A DNA stretch of 64,000 bases, taken from contig NC_042997.1 of assembly GCF_006345805.1 (NCBI RefSeq), positions 95,666,001 through 95,730,000 on the forward strand, given 5' to 3'. The stretch comes from Octopus sinensis (lineage: Eukaryota). Below the pieces are notes generated by a model that was not told the DNA's origin, did not search any database, and worked only from the letters and a program-made list of their open reading frames with translations. Shown here piece after piece: positions 14,190 through 29,175 of this stretch; within the stretch, counting starts at the first letter, position 1; each line of letters begins with the position of its first letter. Position numbers and translations under genes: made by a program.

Positions 14190-15785
14190 AACAATTCTGT
14201 AAGAGTTAACAAACCACTCGAAAACAGAGATGGAGGGCAGCTACCTCGTTTAGAAAACGCCATCAAAATATACGAAGAGGTGGCAGGGGCAAAAGTTAAC
14301 CAGGAAAAATCAGTCGGCTTGCAACTCAGCTCCTGGAGGGGAAAGTCGATGACTTCCAACAGCGCCCGGTTAAATTGTTCAGTGTCTGGTTTGGCCCAGA
14401 TCTACAGATGGAGAAAAACTGCAGCGAGGTTACAAGCAAGGTGACTGCCCTAAACCATACTTGGTCTGTCATGACGTTATCTTTGCTACGGTGGGCGGAG
14501 GTTGTACAGGTGTCTATAGCATCTGTGATAACTACCGCCTAACCATCGTGCCTTGCCCCAAGTTGTGACTGAACAAGTTGGAACGGATCCTATTCCACTT
14601 TTTGTGGAAGGGAAACCCACAACTTGTGAGGCGCTCCATCTACTGCCAGAAAGAGTTAAAGGGTTGGTTAGGAATGCTGTGCCTGATGATGGGCAAATCT
14701 GCACTGAAGATGAGTCATCTCTGGCTCTACCTGGATGGTGAATAGGTGTCAAGTTCTTTTTTCCGCAGTTAACGCCCCTACGAGACTTAGGTCTATGGAT
14801 CAGGCGTAGACCTAGAATGGACAATGACAGGAGAAGTGGAGACAAGCACTCACTCTGCTCTCCTGGGCGAGCAATGGAGGCAGCGGGGCTACCACTGCGG
14901 ATTTTATAACGGGTTACTAGAGCATAAGTCTGATGACGGCCTGGGGGAGGCTCTAGACTTCGATAGAGACCCGCTAATTAACATGTTCGGAAGGCGGTAT
15001 CTGGATAACTTCCAGAAATCCCTGGCTTGGCTGTGCTACCGATCGGCTTTAACGGTTCGAGAGATGTTGTCAAGGTATGGGTTTGGTGCCCTACCACCAC
15101 TACCACATGCTCGAGGTGCGGGCCTGACAATGAAACTGTCGCGCACGCCTTCGTGCAATGTGAGGAACGGAGGGGGCTGATTGCCTATGTCAAACGACTG
15201 TTGTCGGAGACAGAAGGACTACAGCTATCGGCTGAGTGCATCATCCAGATCGTACCGCCTTCCTCCTTTAACAAGGAGAGGGAGGCGTATTTCCTCTGTG
15301 TAGTAGCCATACTGAAATACACAGTCTGGACGACGCGTGGAAGGGGAATTGAGACAAGCAACTGTATCTGCGGACGCGGTTTGATTAGTTATTTGAACTC
15401 CCAGCTGCTAAGTAAGATATGTCCAGAGAAAACGAGCCTTCTGAAGGAGTATTTGCGAAAATATGTATGACTGTAGTAAGGATGCTGAGAGCAAATGGGA
15501 CCGAGTTAGCCGGTCAAAGTGAAAAGAAGGAGAAAGGATAATAATTTTAAAAAATAAGGAAAAAGATTTTTAAAAGGATTAAAATGAAACTGGCAGGTTC
15601 AATAAAAACCCAAAGCACTATTGCTTATTGTAATTATTCATTGTAAAAAAAATTTTCATTATATCATCTTATATATTTTTTTATTCACATTTTTATTAAT
15701 GATTGTATCACCCATTAGGTGTTGTAAGTGTCCTTGTTTGTCCCCTCTATGTATTCCTTTCATAGGTGAATAAGGAAAATGCTAC
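14190..15785 (+). mobile_element. 5'-truncated Tx1/L1-clade ORF2 remnant plus 3' UTR
   Basis: RLENAIKIYEEVAGAKVNQEKSVGLQLSSWRGK (post-YADD RT region); LDNFQKSLAWLCYRSALTVRE...CSRCGPDNETVAHAFVQC (zf-RVT); KYTVWTTR; then an AT-rich UTR. Confidence 0.85.
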
Positions 15786-15789
15786 AATC

Positions 15790-17460
15790 ATCTTTTCGAT
15801 GATTCCATCGTTCAGAGTTGATTTTGTATCGTTGCAGATAAGTTGTCCTTTGTTGAATGTCCTCCGTAGCGGAGTTACCTGTTGTTGGTAATTGATTAAT
15901 TTGTTGTATTAATTCCTTTTGTTGTGTTTTCTCACCCAGTGGAGGCGAAAATTGCAGTAAGCAATGGAGGAGATGCAGACATATATCTGGAGCTACGCTT
16001 CACATGCAGGCTGAAATAATATTGCAGCGAATGTGAGACAAGTGAAAGTCAGCGAGGTGCCTGTTGACTTTGAAATTGTGAAAAAAAAAGTGAAAAATTG
16101 ATATAAAGAAGGGTCAATATTAAAATTGACGTCACCGGAAAAGTTAACAAGAAACAAAAGCGAAAAAAGCTGTGGTTTACAGCACCCTTTCACTGGCAAG
16201 TAAGAAAACAGAAGTGGCGAACAAACAAGATTCGGTAGAATGCTTAAAAGAGATAAACAACATCGAATTCTACTGTAGAGGAAGGAAGTTTGGTACAATG
16301 GAGGTGCGCTTCTGGCTGTGGAGGTGACAGCAAAGCACTTCACTGTAACCTTGAAAACGGAAAAAAAATGGGCACTCCTGCCAACATACCTCGGGAAACG
16401 TGTAGCGAGAGTGAGGTTTGGCAGGGTGCTAACACAGATCAACGAGATATAGCTACCTGCAGCTATCCTAAGGTGCTGCAGGTGAGCCGTACTAAACAGC
16501 TGAACTGGTGGGTATATTGCCTAGATGTTATAATTCAGGCCACCACACTAAACCTACAAGAAATGACTGAAGAAACAGAGTTGCCAGAAGAGGTGAAGCT
16601 GCATGTAGTAGAGGAGGGAAGACCTCCCACATGCTACCACTGCAGAGAAAAGGGCCATAATAAGACAAATTGCCCCTTTCTCAACAACCAAACATCAGTG
16701 GTGGTGAAGGAAGAAGAAAGTAGCAAGGAAGAGAAGTTGAAGAAAGTAGATGCCGAGAAGAGACATGAATTCCAAGAAATACAGAACAGGAACAGAAAAG
16801 ACATGAAAAGCTCCCCACTCCCAAAGAACTCAAAAAAAAAGAAAATAAAGAACTCAAAAAAAAAGAAAATAAAGAACTCAAAAAAAAAGAAAAGAAAGAA
16901 CTAATTGACACACAACCGCCTACACAGCATTACATATTAAAACAAACACGCAAGAATATCGCAGACAGCCCAGAATTCCCAAATAAATATACACAACCAC
17001 GAACATACCTCCAGTGAAATTTTCACAAGCACTCACAGACGTCCAGAAATTTCAGGTAGGTACACACAAACAAATATAGTCAGTACAGATTCTCCAGTTG
17101 AATATACATAAGCAGGCACACAGGCAGACACCCAAGAAACAGAAAAATTATAAATATAGGGCGTATTTTACACACTATTGGACGAATGCGTCCATCGAGG
17201 AAAAAATCGGAAAGATGAAGTCAATGATAATAGTTACAGAGGGGAACAACATACGAGTTCCAGGCATGGAGTGCATATTGATAGAGATTAAAACTATGAA
17301 AAGTTAAAGGCAAGCTTTGCTGACGACGTACACCCATTAACGTTGGAGGTAAGGTGCAACTATCTGCCACCTGTGGTGAAATTTGAAAAATTGAAAGCAC
17401 ATTTCATTTACTAGGATAATTAATTTGATAAACGTAGGCTTAAAAATAGAGGAAAAAATA
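15790..17460 (+). mobile_element. Tx1-like ORF1 (gag-like zinc knuckle) element, disrupted
   Basis: KKWALLPTYLGKRVARVRFG...LHVVEEGRPPTCYHCREKGHNKTNCP (CX2CX4HX4C), followed by a Lys/Glu-rich tail. Confidence 0.8.
16823..16901 (+). repeat. 24-bp tandem repeat x3 (aaagaactcaaaaaaaaagaaaat)
   Basis: Directly visible; encodes the KNSKKKKI repeats. Confidence 0.9.
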
Positions 17461-17504
17461 TGGTTAAAATGGTACTACTCGGAAGTGAGGTATAGGAACC
17501 ATGG

Positions 17505-18480
17505 CATCTTCATATTCATATAAATTCATTTCATTCATCCGTTTACGTCTTGTCTGTCTTGTCTGTCATTGTCCGTTCCTTCGGTGTAAGGCCATATTGA
17601 CCAATAAAATATGTTACGATCATCTGAAATGGATCGGTTGGTTCGGACATCTTTTGGTAATTATTGTGATTTTTGTTGGAATTATTGTTGGATTTATTAC
17701 TGTTTTGAACTTCTATTGTGTTTGTTTCGAGTCTTTTGGCAGATTTGTTAACGGATTCCCCATTGGGGGAAATTTTTCCCTTTGAATTTTTTTTCTCATC
17801 ATGTTGAGCTCATCAGATATGTCTTCGTCGGACGAAGATTTGAATGAACAAGTTCAAGAGTTAAACAGAAAATTGTTAAAGCATGTGAAAGAAATGAAAA
17901 TTACAGGTGGAAAACAAAAAGTTAACAACTTTGCGGCTGTTGCCGGTGTCAACAGGGGAGACTTAAATCTTGGAAACCAAAATCTAAGTAAATTTTAAAA
18001 GAATGCTTCAACGAGAGGGGTATGAGATCAAACTTACCTCTCCCAGTGAAGTGACCCATAATACCGTTCGGATGACCATCATTTTAAAGACACTATCTAT
18101 TAAAGAGAAAAACCTGGATAGAATGACCAACGAACAGGCGGGAAAATGCCTAGCCTACAACCAATCTGGCAAAGATTTGTATCTTGCTAGAGGGAATCGG
18201 TTCGCAACAATAGAGGTTCGATTCGAAAGTGAACATAAGGCCAGGCAACACTCAACGTCACCTCTGAGATCGAACGAAATGGTACTCCTACCTACCTACT
18301 TGGCAAGGCGAACTTCCAAGGTGAAGAAGAAATATCTGTTTTGTTAAATAGAGAACTTGCAGACTGTTGTAGTATGTAGAGCTTTTCATAGAGGCAAGGT
18401 TGGCAATCGCGAGTTCATGGCGGGTGAAGTGAAACCCTATTAAGTTTAGACCGTTTGATGTTGGAGAAGGTTTTAGTAAG
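17505..18480 (+). mobile_element. 5' UTR and ORF1 N-terminus of a second Tx1-like family
   Basis: MLSSSDMSSSDED...RGNRFATIEVRFESEHKARQHST..L...VLLPTYLARRTSKV is homologous to the ALLPTYLGKRVARV segment at about 16370. Confidence 0.7.
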
Positions 18481-18499
18481 GTCTCCAAGTGAAACGGAA

Positions 18500-19100
18500 C
18501 AAGGAATTGCAGCTTCTACGGCCCTTACAGCTAAAAGATTGCCAATACAGCACGTATGTGCATTTGAAGTAATTGACAGTCGTCGCTGTATAGTGCCTTG
18601 TAATAATCAATTGGTGTGGAAGTACCTCATGACTTTAGAGTGAAAGGATCCATCTAGTGCATAATTAGTATGAGTTCGGCAGTTGCAGGGGAAGTCTTTA
18701 TGGAGCTTCTTATGAAGCGACTTTGTGTCTATTGTACTGAGTGATTTTTGATGCGATGTTACCTAACTATGAATAGCTGCCGTTGAAGCTAAGCAAAATC
18801 AGTTTCAGGGTATTTTGGAGTTCTAGGGAAATATTGTTTAAATATAGAAGGAAGCCCTGTCTATATCTGCAGAGATATCAAAGTTGATGGGAATATCATA
18901 CCAGTTTACTTTTTGTGCATTTGAGGGCGCAGTGGGGGATCCATCCATATATTCTAACATATGTTTAAAACTACTTGCCGCTGGAACCCCGCTGTAATGG
19001 AGTGCCACCTTGTCAAAGATCTCTTTACTCGATGACAGTGACGCTTCAGGTGATACGTGCAACCAGTATTATGATTAGTGCCGGAGTTAGAATGCAATGT
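18500..19100 (-). pseudogene. Possible heavily decayed reverse transcriptase (PLE-like motif spacing)
   Basis: The minus strand gives ASFYI*TIFP (motif A-like), LKLILLSFNGSY, TSPATAELIL (motif B'-like) and ALYSDDCQL (YxDD) in the correct order, with stops. Confidence 0.35.
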
Positions 19101-19544
19101 TGGCGAACGTAAACAAGTATTTCATTCAAGTTTCTGATTGTCTAAAAACATCCAGGTAGTTAAATATATTAAGTTGATTGTGACAGTTATAAAATATCGA
19201 AATTCTGAAATATCTTTATCAGGATCTTCGGAAACATCCATGGAGTGGCAGCGCATATGAATTTAGACAGCCAGTACTTTGCCCATGATAAGGACCCCAT
19301 GGCTACAGGGAGTAGCGGGTCATCTGTTTGTACTCAGTTGGAATTATCGTGAAACAGAATTGACTTCTTATCGCCTATGGTAATTCCGAGGTGACACCCA
19401 ATGTTCATAGAAAATGTCATAGCAATTATATGTCGTTTGAGCGTGTTTTCCTGTGACTATTTAAGCGCGCACACACTCACACACACACATGCACACTCAC
19501 ACACATGTATGTATGCATGCATGCGTATGTGTTTGAGTGTGTGT

Positions 19545-19601
<57 letters not shown>

Positions 19602-20699
19602 GAATTAATGACTGTAGAAATAGTTTGTAGTTGTAACGTAAATATTTATTTGTTTAGAAGTTTCCGCATTCTTTTTAGTGGCCACAGTGGAATTAAATAC
19701 ACATAGTATATTACACCGATTATATACAATGATGCAGAAAACGTGAAGTGAATGGAAATTTCTAGATAAAGCAAGTTACATAGATTAAGTTATACATGAA
19801 TTAATCAATGGCGATTAATTCATGACTTTGACAAACATGTGTATATAAAATCTAACATGGTTTATCTTTATCTACATTTCGTACTGTGCAGTGTGAGTAT
19901 GCTAGTAGTATTATAAACGCTTGGTTTGAACGACCTTTAAAGAAATTCGAAATCCTTTGAGAGAAGCTAAAATTTAGAGAAACATCAAATGCCATTCCCT
20001 TCTGTGCACACGTGATTGTGCTTATGTCTCATTAATATTATTATCACCACTTTCTGAATACAATTTGTTAAAGTTTAATTCTAAACTTGGTAACACTTTC
20101 AAATGGAAAGATGTTTCTTTATGTAGAGAAATTTGTTTCAGATTTCTCTAATTTGTCAGTTGCTTTCAGGTATTTTTACTTCTTTAAATATTTTAGCAAA
20201 GGTGAAATTTGCAAAACATGAATCTGGATGCGTTTATGTAAATATTTATGCATATTTTCGTTTGAAATCTGGCTGAATCGGCATGAAATGTATATGTTAC
20301 TTACGTAGATGAATTCTGGTACATATATGTAGTTATGTATTTAGACGTGAAGAGATGGGACTAAGCTAAAGAAATCTAGAGAAGATTATATATAATACAT
20401 GCGTAAATAATTTGAAATTTACAGTTAAAAGGTTCTCGTTTCAAATACAATGCGCTTAGGGCATCTCCCTCCAACTATGGGAAACAAAACAATTTTATTG
20501 TAAGAATATTGATGTGTGTATTTTTTCTTTGTTTCCTCAGTCTCAGTTGTATCAGACGATGTTAACAGGTGCTTTTAGGTGCAAAAGGTGAACGATGGCA
20601 GTCAGTCTGAAACCTGAGTGTCGTCCATTCCGACATAGCTGCTAAGGTTTCATGTTTATTTCCTTAAATTATAGCTGGTTGTAAATATTGTATTTTTTT

Positions 20700-21122
20700 T
20701 TTACGGCGCAAATTTTTGTATGCGTACATATATATGCACGAGCAAAACGCCCCCGTCCAATGGATGGTACTGAGTTGTCAAACATTTAAACCAAATTTTC
20801 TCAAAACAACTTGTCCGACCGTCCCATTTTGTGGCATTATTTCAAGCAAGCCGGTTATTTTTGCGCAAATTTCAGGTGTATTTTTCTCGCGTACGCGTAG
20901 TATCGATCGTAACAGCTGATGTACTTGCGCGTACAACTGCACATTCCCACGGATTATCGATCGCATTCTCACCTGGAATCGATTTTTAAAATTTTTTCAG
21001 GACTTATATACGCCCTGATGCCGTCGGTATCTACATATCAAATTTGAGCGCAATCGGATGGAGGATGCCCGATATCTTAGAAGACAAACGCACAGACAGA
21101 CAGAACGTATTTTATGTAATAT
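20700..21122 (-). mobile_element. Non-autonomous Helitron-type (Lep1-like) 5' portion
   Basis: The minus strand begins tatattacataaaatacgttctgtctgtctgtgcg...ccatccgattgcgctcaaatttg, an AT start plus (GTCT)n plus 'ccgatt..aaattt' signature. Confidence 0.55.
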
Positions 21123-21524
21123 ATTTATCAATGTATGTACGTATGTATGTATGTATGTATGCATGCATGTATGTAGATTAGGGGGTGGGATGGGGTGAGT
21201 AGATATTAGGTGCTAGTGCGTGGAGTGGGAAGGTGAGTGTGAATTCATGTGCAATTGAGTATGCGTGGATGTGAGAGTGTGCATGATGGTGTGTGGTGTT
21301 GGTGCTGAGAGATTTTGGGTGCTAGGTATGTGTAGATGTGCACAATGTTGAGTGATGTGAGTAATGGTTTTAACAGTGTGTATGGGTGTTTTATAGTGGT
21401 GTGTGTGGTGAGGGTACCGAAGTAGGTGTGGTTACTTCGTTATAATAAAGTCCTAGTTATCTTACTGGATGATGTTTCAAACATGTGTAACAGCATCGCC
21501 AACTTTCACATCTGATTTTCTCCA

Positions 21525-21590
21525 CCAAGGTGTTGCTCCAGCGTGGCTGCAGTCAAATGACTGAAGCAAGTAAAATAGTAAAAGAAAAAA
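21525..21590 (+). mobile_element. SINE family B 3' tail fragment
   Basis: tgctccagcgtggctgcagtcaaatgactgaagcaagtaaaa matches the tail at 61810-61860. Confidence 0.8.
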
Positions 21591-22779
21591 ATATATGCGA
21601 CTTAAAGGAATAGGGATGTGCAATCCGTGGAGATACCTTATTAGCACTCAATACAATCCATTTCTGGCTAACCACATCGAGTGATAGGAAAAATAGAGAA
21701 GTGTTTAAACCAAAACAGGGCTTCAATCGATCGGTAAATCCTGCGTTCGATTCATTGGATTTCATACAGCATACAGAGTATATAATCAAGGCACCATCAA
21801 GAACAAAGTTATCTTTAATAACTGTACGGATAAGGTAGAACATAACATGAATGTTTGTAGCGGGATAAACTAGCACTCGTGGCGGAAAGAATGGAGAACC
21901 TACGGTAACTAGTGTAAGGGAGGTAACTGTGGCTCTTAAGGAGCAAAATGAATTGTTCAAATTTGACTGGGTTCGTCTGAGCTTTCGTGGATAAGGACAC
22001 AAAATATGATATTAAATACTAAATTATTTATACTGCTTTACCGAGTACTAATGGAAATTTGAAATGAGATCGCTACTTGGAAGAAATATCCCATATCCAT
22101 ACCTCAATTATATCGAAACGAATTAGCAGTAATAAGCATACATTCGTTTGGAAAAGTGTATAATTATTTTCCAAATAATGAATCTGAATTAGAAATCACA
22201 TCGATTAAAGGGCACATAAGTTACCCTAATTCTCACGAACATATGTTGTTTTTATTTTTGTGAAATGGGACAAAATATAGTTAGAATTTACTTTATTCCT
22301 CTTGCTTAATACTTGATGCCTCATATTCAAAATAATATTAAACTGCTTTGATTACTCAATTGCCTTCGATTCCTTTTAAATCTGTCCATTTATCTGAAAT
22401 TGTTATATATTATCGTTATTATAATTGGTTTGTGGTGTGAATGCACCTGACCTAATTAAGGTTTTTACTACTATTATGTGTATCAAATAATCTGTCACTT
22501 TAATATCAAAAAAATGTTGTTTCCAAGTTTAAGAGCGTGTGTTTGTATATGTATGTACTTCTGTCTCCTTGTGTGTGCATGTCTGTATGTGTGTGTGTTT
22601 TGCAAATATGTACCATGTTTGTATGTATGGATGTGCATCTCTATATGTGTGGAGACTTGTCTCCATCTGTGTCTTTGTGTGGAGTAAAGTATGTGTGTAT
22701 ATATGTGTTTCATTCTCCATTTGCGTATGTGCGCTTGTCTAGTCGGTCTAAAACGTTTTTACTGTATTTTAATTGGTAG

Positions 22780-23402
22780 AGAATATCAGTGTTATACATT
22801 GTTTCAAAATAGCTGTGAGGCTGCTTTTCCTCTCTGGGTAAACTTGTTGGAAATACAGGGTTCTTGTTTCTTCGTTGGCATAAATTGTTAGGGTCTTGAT
22901 TATGCTTGAGATGCTGGGGAGTTGGTTATGTTGTCTGGGTAAACAGGGTGGAATTCCGTAGATCGAGACTCTTCAATGAGGGTTAGAAGTAGTCCCTGGC
23001 ATGTTCAAGTTGCTGAGGGAAGAAATAATTACCCCTAACCCTAGGTCGATTTCTTGTAGGAACAATATCTTCTTTCTACCAAGTGCCACCCGAAACACAT
23101 CAAAAGAAATATCCCCTTTAATTTAGCAACAAAGATTTGCACAATTGTGTCTGATGGCAATACCCCAGGACCTCCGTCTTCAAGACCTCAGGACAACACT
23201 AACTGAGAGACGATATCCACTCTCACTTATAGACGATGAAGTTAAGCGTGCCAAGAAATTGGGGATTAAAACACTAAGAGAAACAAGACACCACATCACA
23301 TCTGAAAACGCTACCGTATATGTCAACTCAAAACCCTAGAAACAATGGGGCATACAACGCTATTGTATAAAATCTACCTAAGCTCACTAGGGATCCAAAA
23401 TT
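22780..23402 (+). mobile_element. Penelope-like element fragment (post-RT thumb/linker region), preceded by a probable inverted UTR piece
   Basis: From about 23060: QYLLSTKCHPKHIKRNIPFNLATKICTIVSD...RLQDLRTTLTERRYPLSLIDDEVKRAK, the conserved S-x-HP / R-x-YP PLE segment. The identity of 22780-23060 is inferred. Confidence 0.75.
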
Positions 23403-23592
23403 ATGTGTTATTACTCCCATCTATCTAAAGATCTTGTAAAGATGATCTATTTTTTCGTGAAATGTGTCGCAAATATCTGCATTTAGGGTCAGAACCCTTT
23501 TGACGAACGTTAGCGTGCTAGCTTTTTGTGAACAAGCTTTGGTCTTGAGCCGGGAATATGAAACCTCTAGTCTCTACTTTCAGTCCTGAACA

Positions 23593-23632
<40 letters not shown>

Positions 23633-23641
23633 TATTATTAT

Positions 23642-23682
<41 letters not shown>

Positions 23683-23696
23683 TTATTATTATTATT

Positions 23697-23729
<33 letters not shown>

Positions 23730-23730
23730 G

Positions 23731-23771
<41 letters not shown>

Positions 23772-23870
23772 ATCATCGTCATCGTCATCGTCATCATCAT
23801 CATCATCATCATCATCATTATCATCATCATCATTATCATCATCATCATCATTATTATCATTATTATATTA
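23593..23870. repeat. Compound microsatellite (ATT)n-(AGT)n-(ATT)n-(ATC)n-(GTC)n-(ATC)n
   Basis: Directly visible. Confidence 0.97.
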
Positions 23871-24176
23871 ATCCAAATAAGTGGATGAATAGACGAAATG
23901 AAGTTGAAAACGTACGGCAAATTTATTATAATTAATTAGAATTTAGTTATATTTTAAAATATAGGAATACACTTTACTGGTTTCACGTTAGCTTTTCAGA
24001 AAAGTATAGTATACGGGGCTATGTCACAAACGATGTTTATTCTGGCCGTTGCTATAAAAGGGGTTGTTTTAAGGTAGGAATGTCGCTCAGAACCCACTCC
24101 GTTAACGTATAATTTGATTGGTCAACGTTCGTGTATTAATCTCATGTGGTAGTTATGCGAGAATGCCACACACACA

Positions 24177-24219
<43 letters not shown>

Positions 24220-24224
24220 CATAT

Positions 24225-24418
24225 ACTCTTTTACTCTTTTACTTGTTTCAGTCATTTGACTGCTGGAGCACCGCCTTTAGTCGAGCAAATCGACCCCGGG
24301 ACTTATTCTTTGTAAACCCAGTACTTATTCTATCGGTCTCTTTTGCCGAACCGCTAATTGACGGGGACGTAAACACACCAGCATCGGTTGTCAAGCAATG
24401 CTAGGGGGACAAACACAG

Positions 24419-24490
<72 letters not shown>

Positions 24491-24641
24491 CGACAGGCTT
24501 CTTTCAGTTTCCGTCTACCAAATCCACTCACAAGGCATTGGTCGGCGCGGGGCTATAGCATAAGACACTTGCCCAAGATGCCACGCAGTGGAACTAAACC
24601 CGGAACCATGTGGTTGGTTAGCAAGCTACTTACCACACAGC

Positions 24642-24645
<4 letters not shown>
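24225..24645 (-). mobile_element. SINE family B, near full length
   Basis: Reverse complement: tggctgtgtggtaagtagcttgct (A box)...ccgggtttagttccactgcgtggcatcttgggcaagtgtct...microsatellite...gtcaaatgactgaaacaagtaaaaagag. Confidence 0.92.
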
Positions 24646-24732
<87 letters not shown>

Positions 24733-26312
24733 GGTCTTTTTCTATTTTTTATAGTTCCGATCATTCAATTGTGTTCACCGTGTCCATACTTTCTGTATGT
24801 GTCAGTGTAAGTGCCTCTATGAATGTCTACTTATATGAGTACGTGAATGGGTGAGAAGTATGTTTACATAGTTTTGTTTGTAAACGCTTCTGTCTATTTG
24901 CTTAAATGTATGTATCTGTGTGGCTTTAAAAGATCGCTGTTATCATACTGGAATTGCACAGCGAAAATTGTATTTCCATACACACACATATAATCTTTTA
25001 TCTTCATTACACACATATGTTACATACGCGTACACGTACAACCATATATCTATATGCATACAAACATACGTATGTATGTATGTAAGTATGTATGTTTGAG
25101 TGTATTTATGCATCTGTTTTTATATTTTGGTTCAAATTTTTCGTGCTAATTAGCACATTGCTGGCAGCGATTTCCTTCGCATTTTTAGGAAACTAATTAT
25201 TAACTGGATGCAGCTAAAACTATTTGTTTATCTACATGTTCATTTCTGTATTTCACTTGATGCCGATACGGATTTAAGTGAATGAAAATATACATAAAAA
25301 GAAATCCGTACAATGCCGTAAGGTAAATTAAAGAGATTTTAAAATATTTTAAGAAAATCAATGTTCATTCTTATACAAATCCAAGATACTCTCTTCCTTA
25401 TCCATTAATATATTTGCACGAAAAAAAAAAACTGTTCTTTTTCGCTAAAACAAATTGCATTAATGAGCATCATGATAATTTTATATAAATATTGATTTTT
25501 TTTCTAAAATCGTATCCTGCTATCGTGGTACACAGACGGTCAAGCTGTGATGTGTCGAAGAAACTGCTTTAAATTGCTGTAATTTCCATCGATAAAAACT
25601 TTATCGATGTACGCCATTTAAGTGTTGCATAGTTTTCTGTTGACCATCTCATTATCTCTTTTCAATATAATATTTGATTGGTGTGAGATGTGATCAACCT
25701 GTTTAGATACACTAAACAAAGAAGAATTTTCGTATATTATCAATGGGTGCCAATGAGATTTATATAATATCTATGTATCTTAATTACTGCCATTTACAAC
25801 AAAGAGATTAGTGAATGAAAAATATATTCGCTGGTATTCGTTTCAGAATAATCATTAATTTTCTCCCCGAAAAGTGTACCAAATGATATGATGCCCAAAG
25901 TATAAACACTCACTATTCATCTGTCATGTTATAGACATAATGATTTTATGATTCTGCGATAAACTGACCAATGTTTCGTCTACTATCATAAAGCGAATAT
26001 TTGTTAACAACTTTCATCGGTCTTTCAGTACTTATGAGATGCAGAGACACATAATATATTAACCAAAGGATAACTAAATATATCAATATCATTACTCTAC
26101 CTGATGTTCCAAGTGCTTAGCTATAAAATTATCTAAGTACAACGAATTAGTTGAAACCATTGACGATTTTATTGAATAAATTCATTCTTTAGTATTTGAA
26201 GATATCTTTATTTTTATGTACTTTTGGTAAATATATCTGTTAAAATGAGATGTCAGTGATATTTCCAATTTCCCGTAATTTAGACGACAATTTATTCACA
26301 GCACCCTATATG

Positions 26313-26405
<93 letters not shown>

Positions 26406-26504
26406 TGGTAATAAATTTACTTCTGATATAATATAATTTTTTTCAAAACACTTCATCAGTTGCCAGCATATTAAAACACATTGTGAGGTGAAAATTATAA
26501 ATAT

Positions 26505-27212
26505 TAATAAATAAGGGCTAAAGAAAAAAGTTTCTATGCCAACATGTTGAGAAACAGACAATATTGTCAATCACCACATACAGTATTTTCCAGTATCATT
26601 AGACAGCCTGTTGAAAACGAAGAAAGCCAGCTAATAGAATATTTTTTTAAATTTCATAATCACTGAATCGGACCGATTTCTGGATTAATACGTAAAGAAT
26701 ATTTCCTTCGTCAGCGGAGAACACGATAAGAGATAAATGGAATAATTACAATAATAAATGGGATAATTACTAATACCCATGGTGAAAGCAGATGCAAAGT
26801 CATGCCTACACTTAAGTACCCCAAATGTATCAAAACAGAAATCCAGTAGCAAGCCTCAACACACCTGTTGGTATTTTAATACGGTGGCTACTACACGTGT
26901 GTTGAAGCTTGCTACATAATTCCCATTTGGATATATTTGGTGTACGTAACTGTACTCATGATTTTGCATCTGCTTTTTCCATGGCTATTTGTAAGTATCC
27001 CATTAATTTCTTCGCTGTCGAAGGAAAATTCCTTTATGGATTAATCCAGAAATCGGTCCGATTCGATGATAGCAAAATTTTAAAAATTGCTTTCCTCGTT
27101 TTCAACACGCTGTGTATTTATAAAGAAAAATATTGTATGTGGTGGTTGACGATATAAAGTCTATTTCTCAGCATATTGGCATTGATAGTTTTTTCTTTTG
27201 CACTTATTTGTT
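26505..27212. repeat. Long diverged inverted repeat (fold-back/MITE-like), arms about 290-330 bp
   Basis: gaatcggaccgatttctggattaat (about 26666) is the reverse complement of attaatccagaaatcggtccgattc (about 27040). Other matches include aaagcagatgcaaa/tttgcatctgcttt and gttgaaaacga/tcgttttcaac. Spacer is about 26840-26920. Confidence 0.9.
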
Positions 27213-27214
27213 TA

Positions 27215-29175
<1,961 letters not shown>

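Noticed and set aside
23030-23045. Telomere-like cccctaaccctagg
   Set aside because: Fewer than two full TTAGGG units; consistent with chance or PLE UTR sequence.
24050-24125. TATA-like gctataaaagggg and CCAAT-like gattgg
   Set aside because: The order and orientation do not form a coherent promoter, and no downstream gene is evident.
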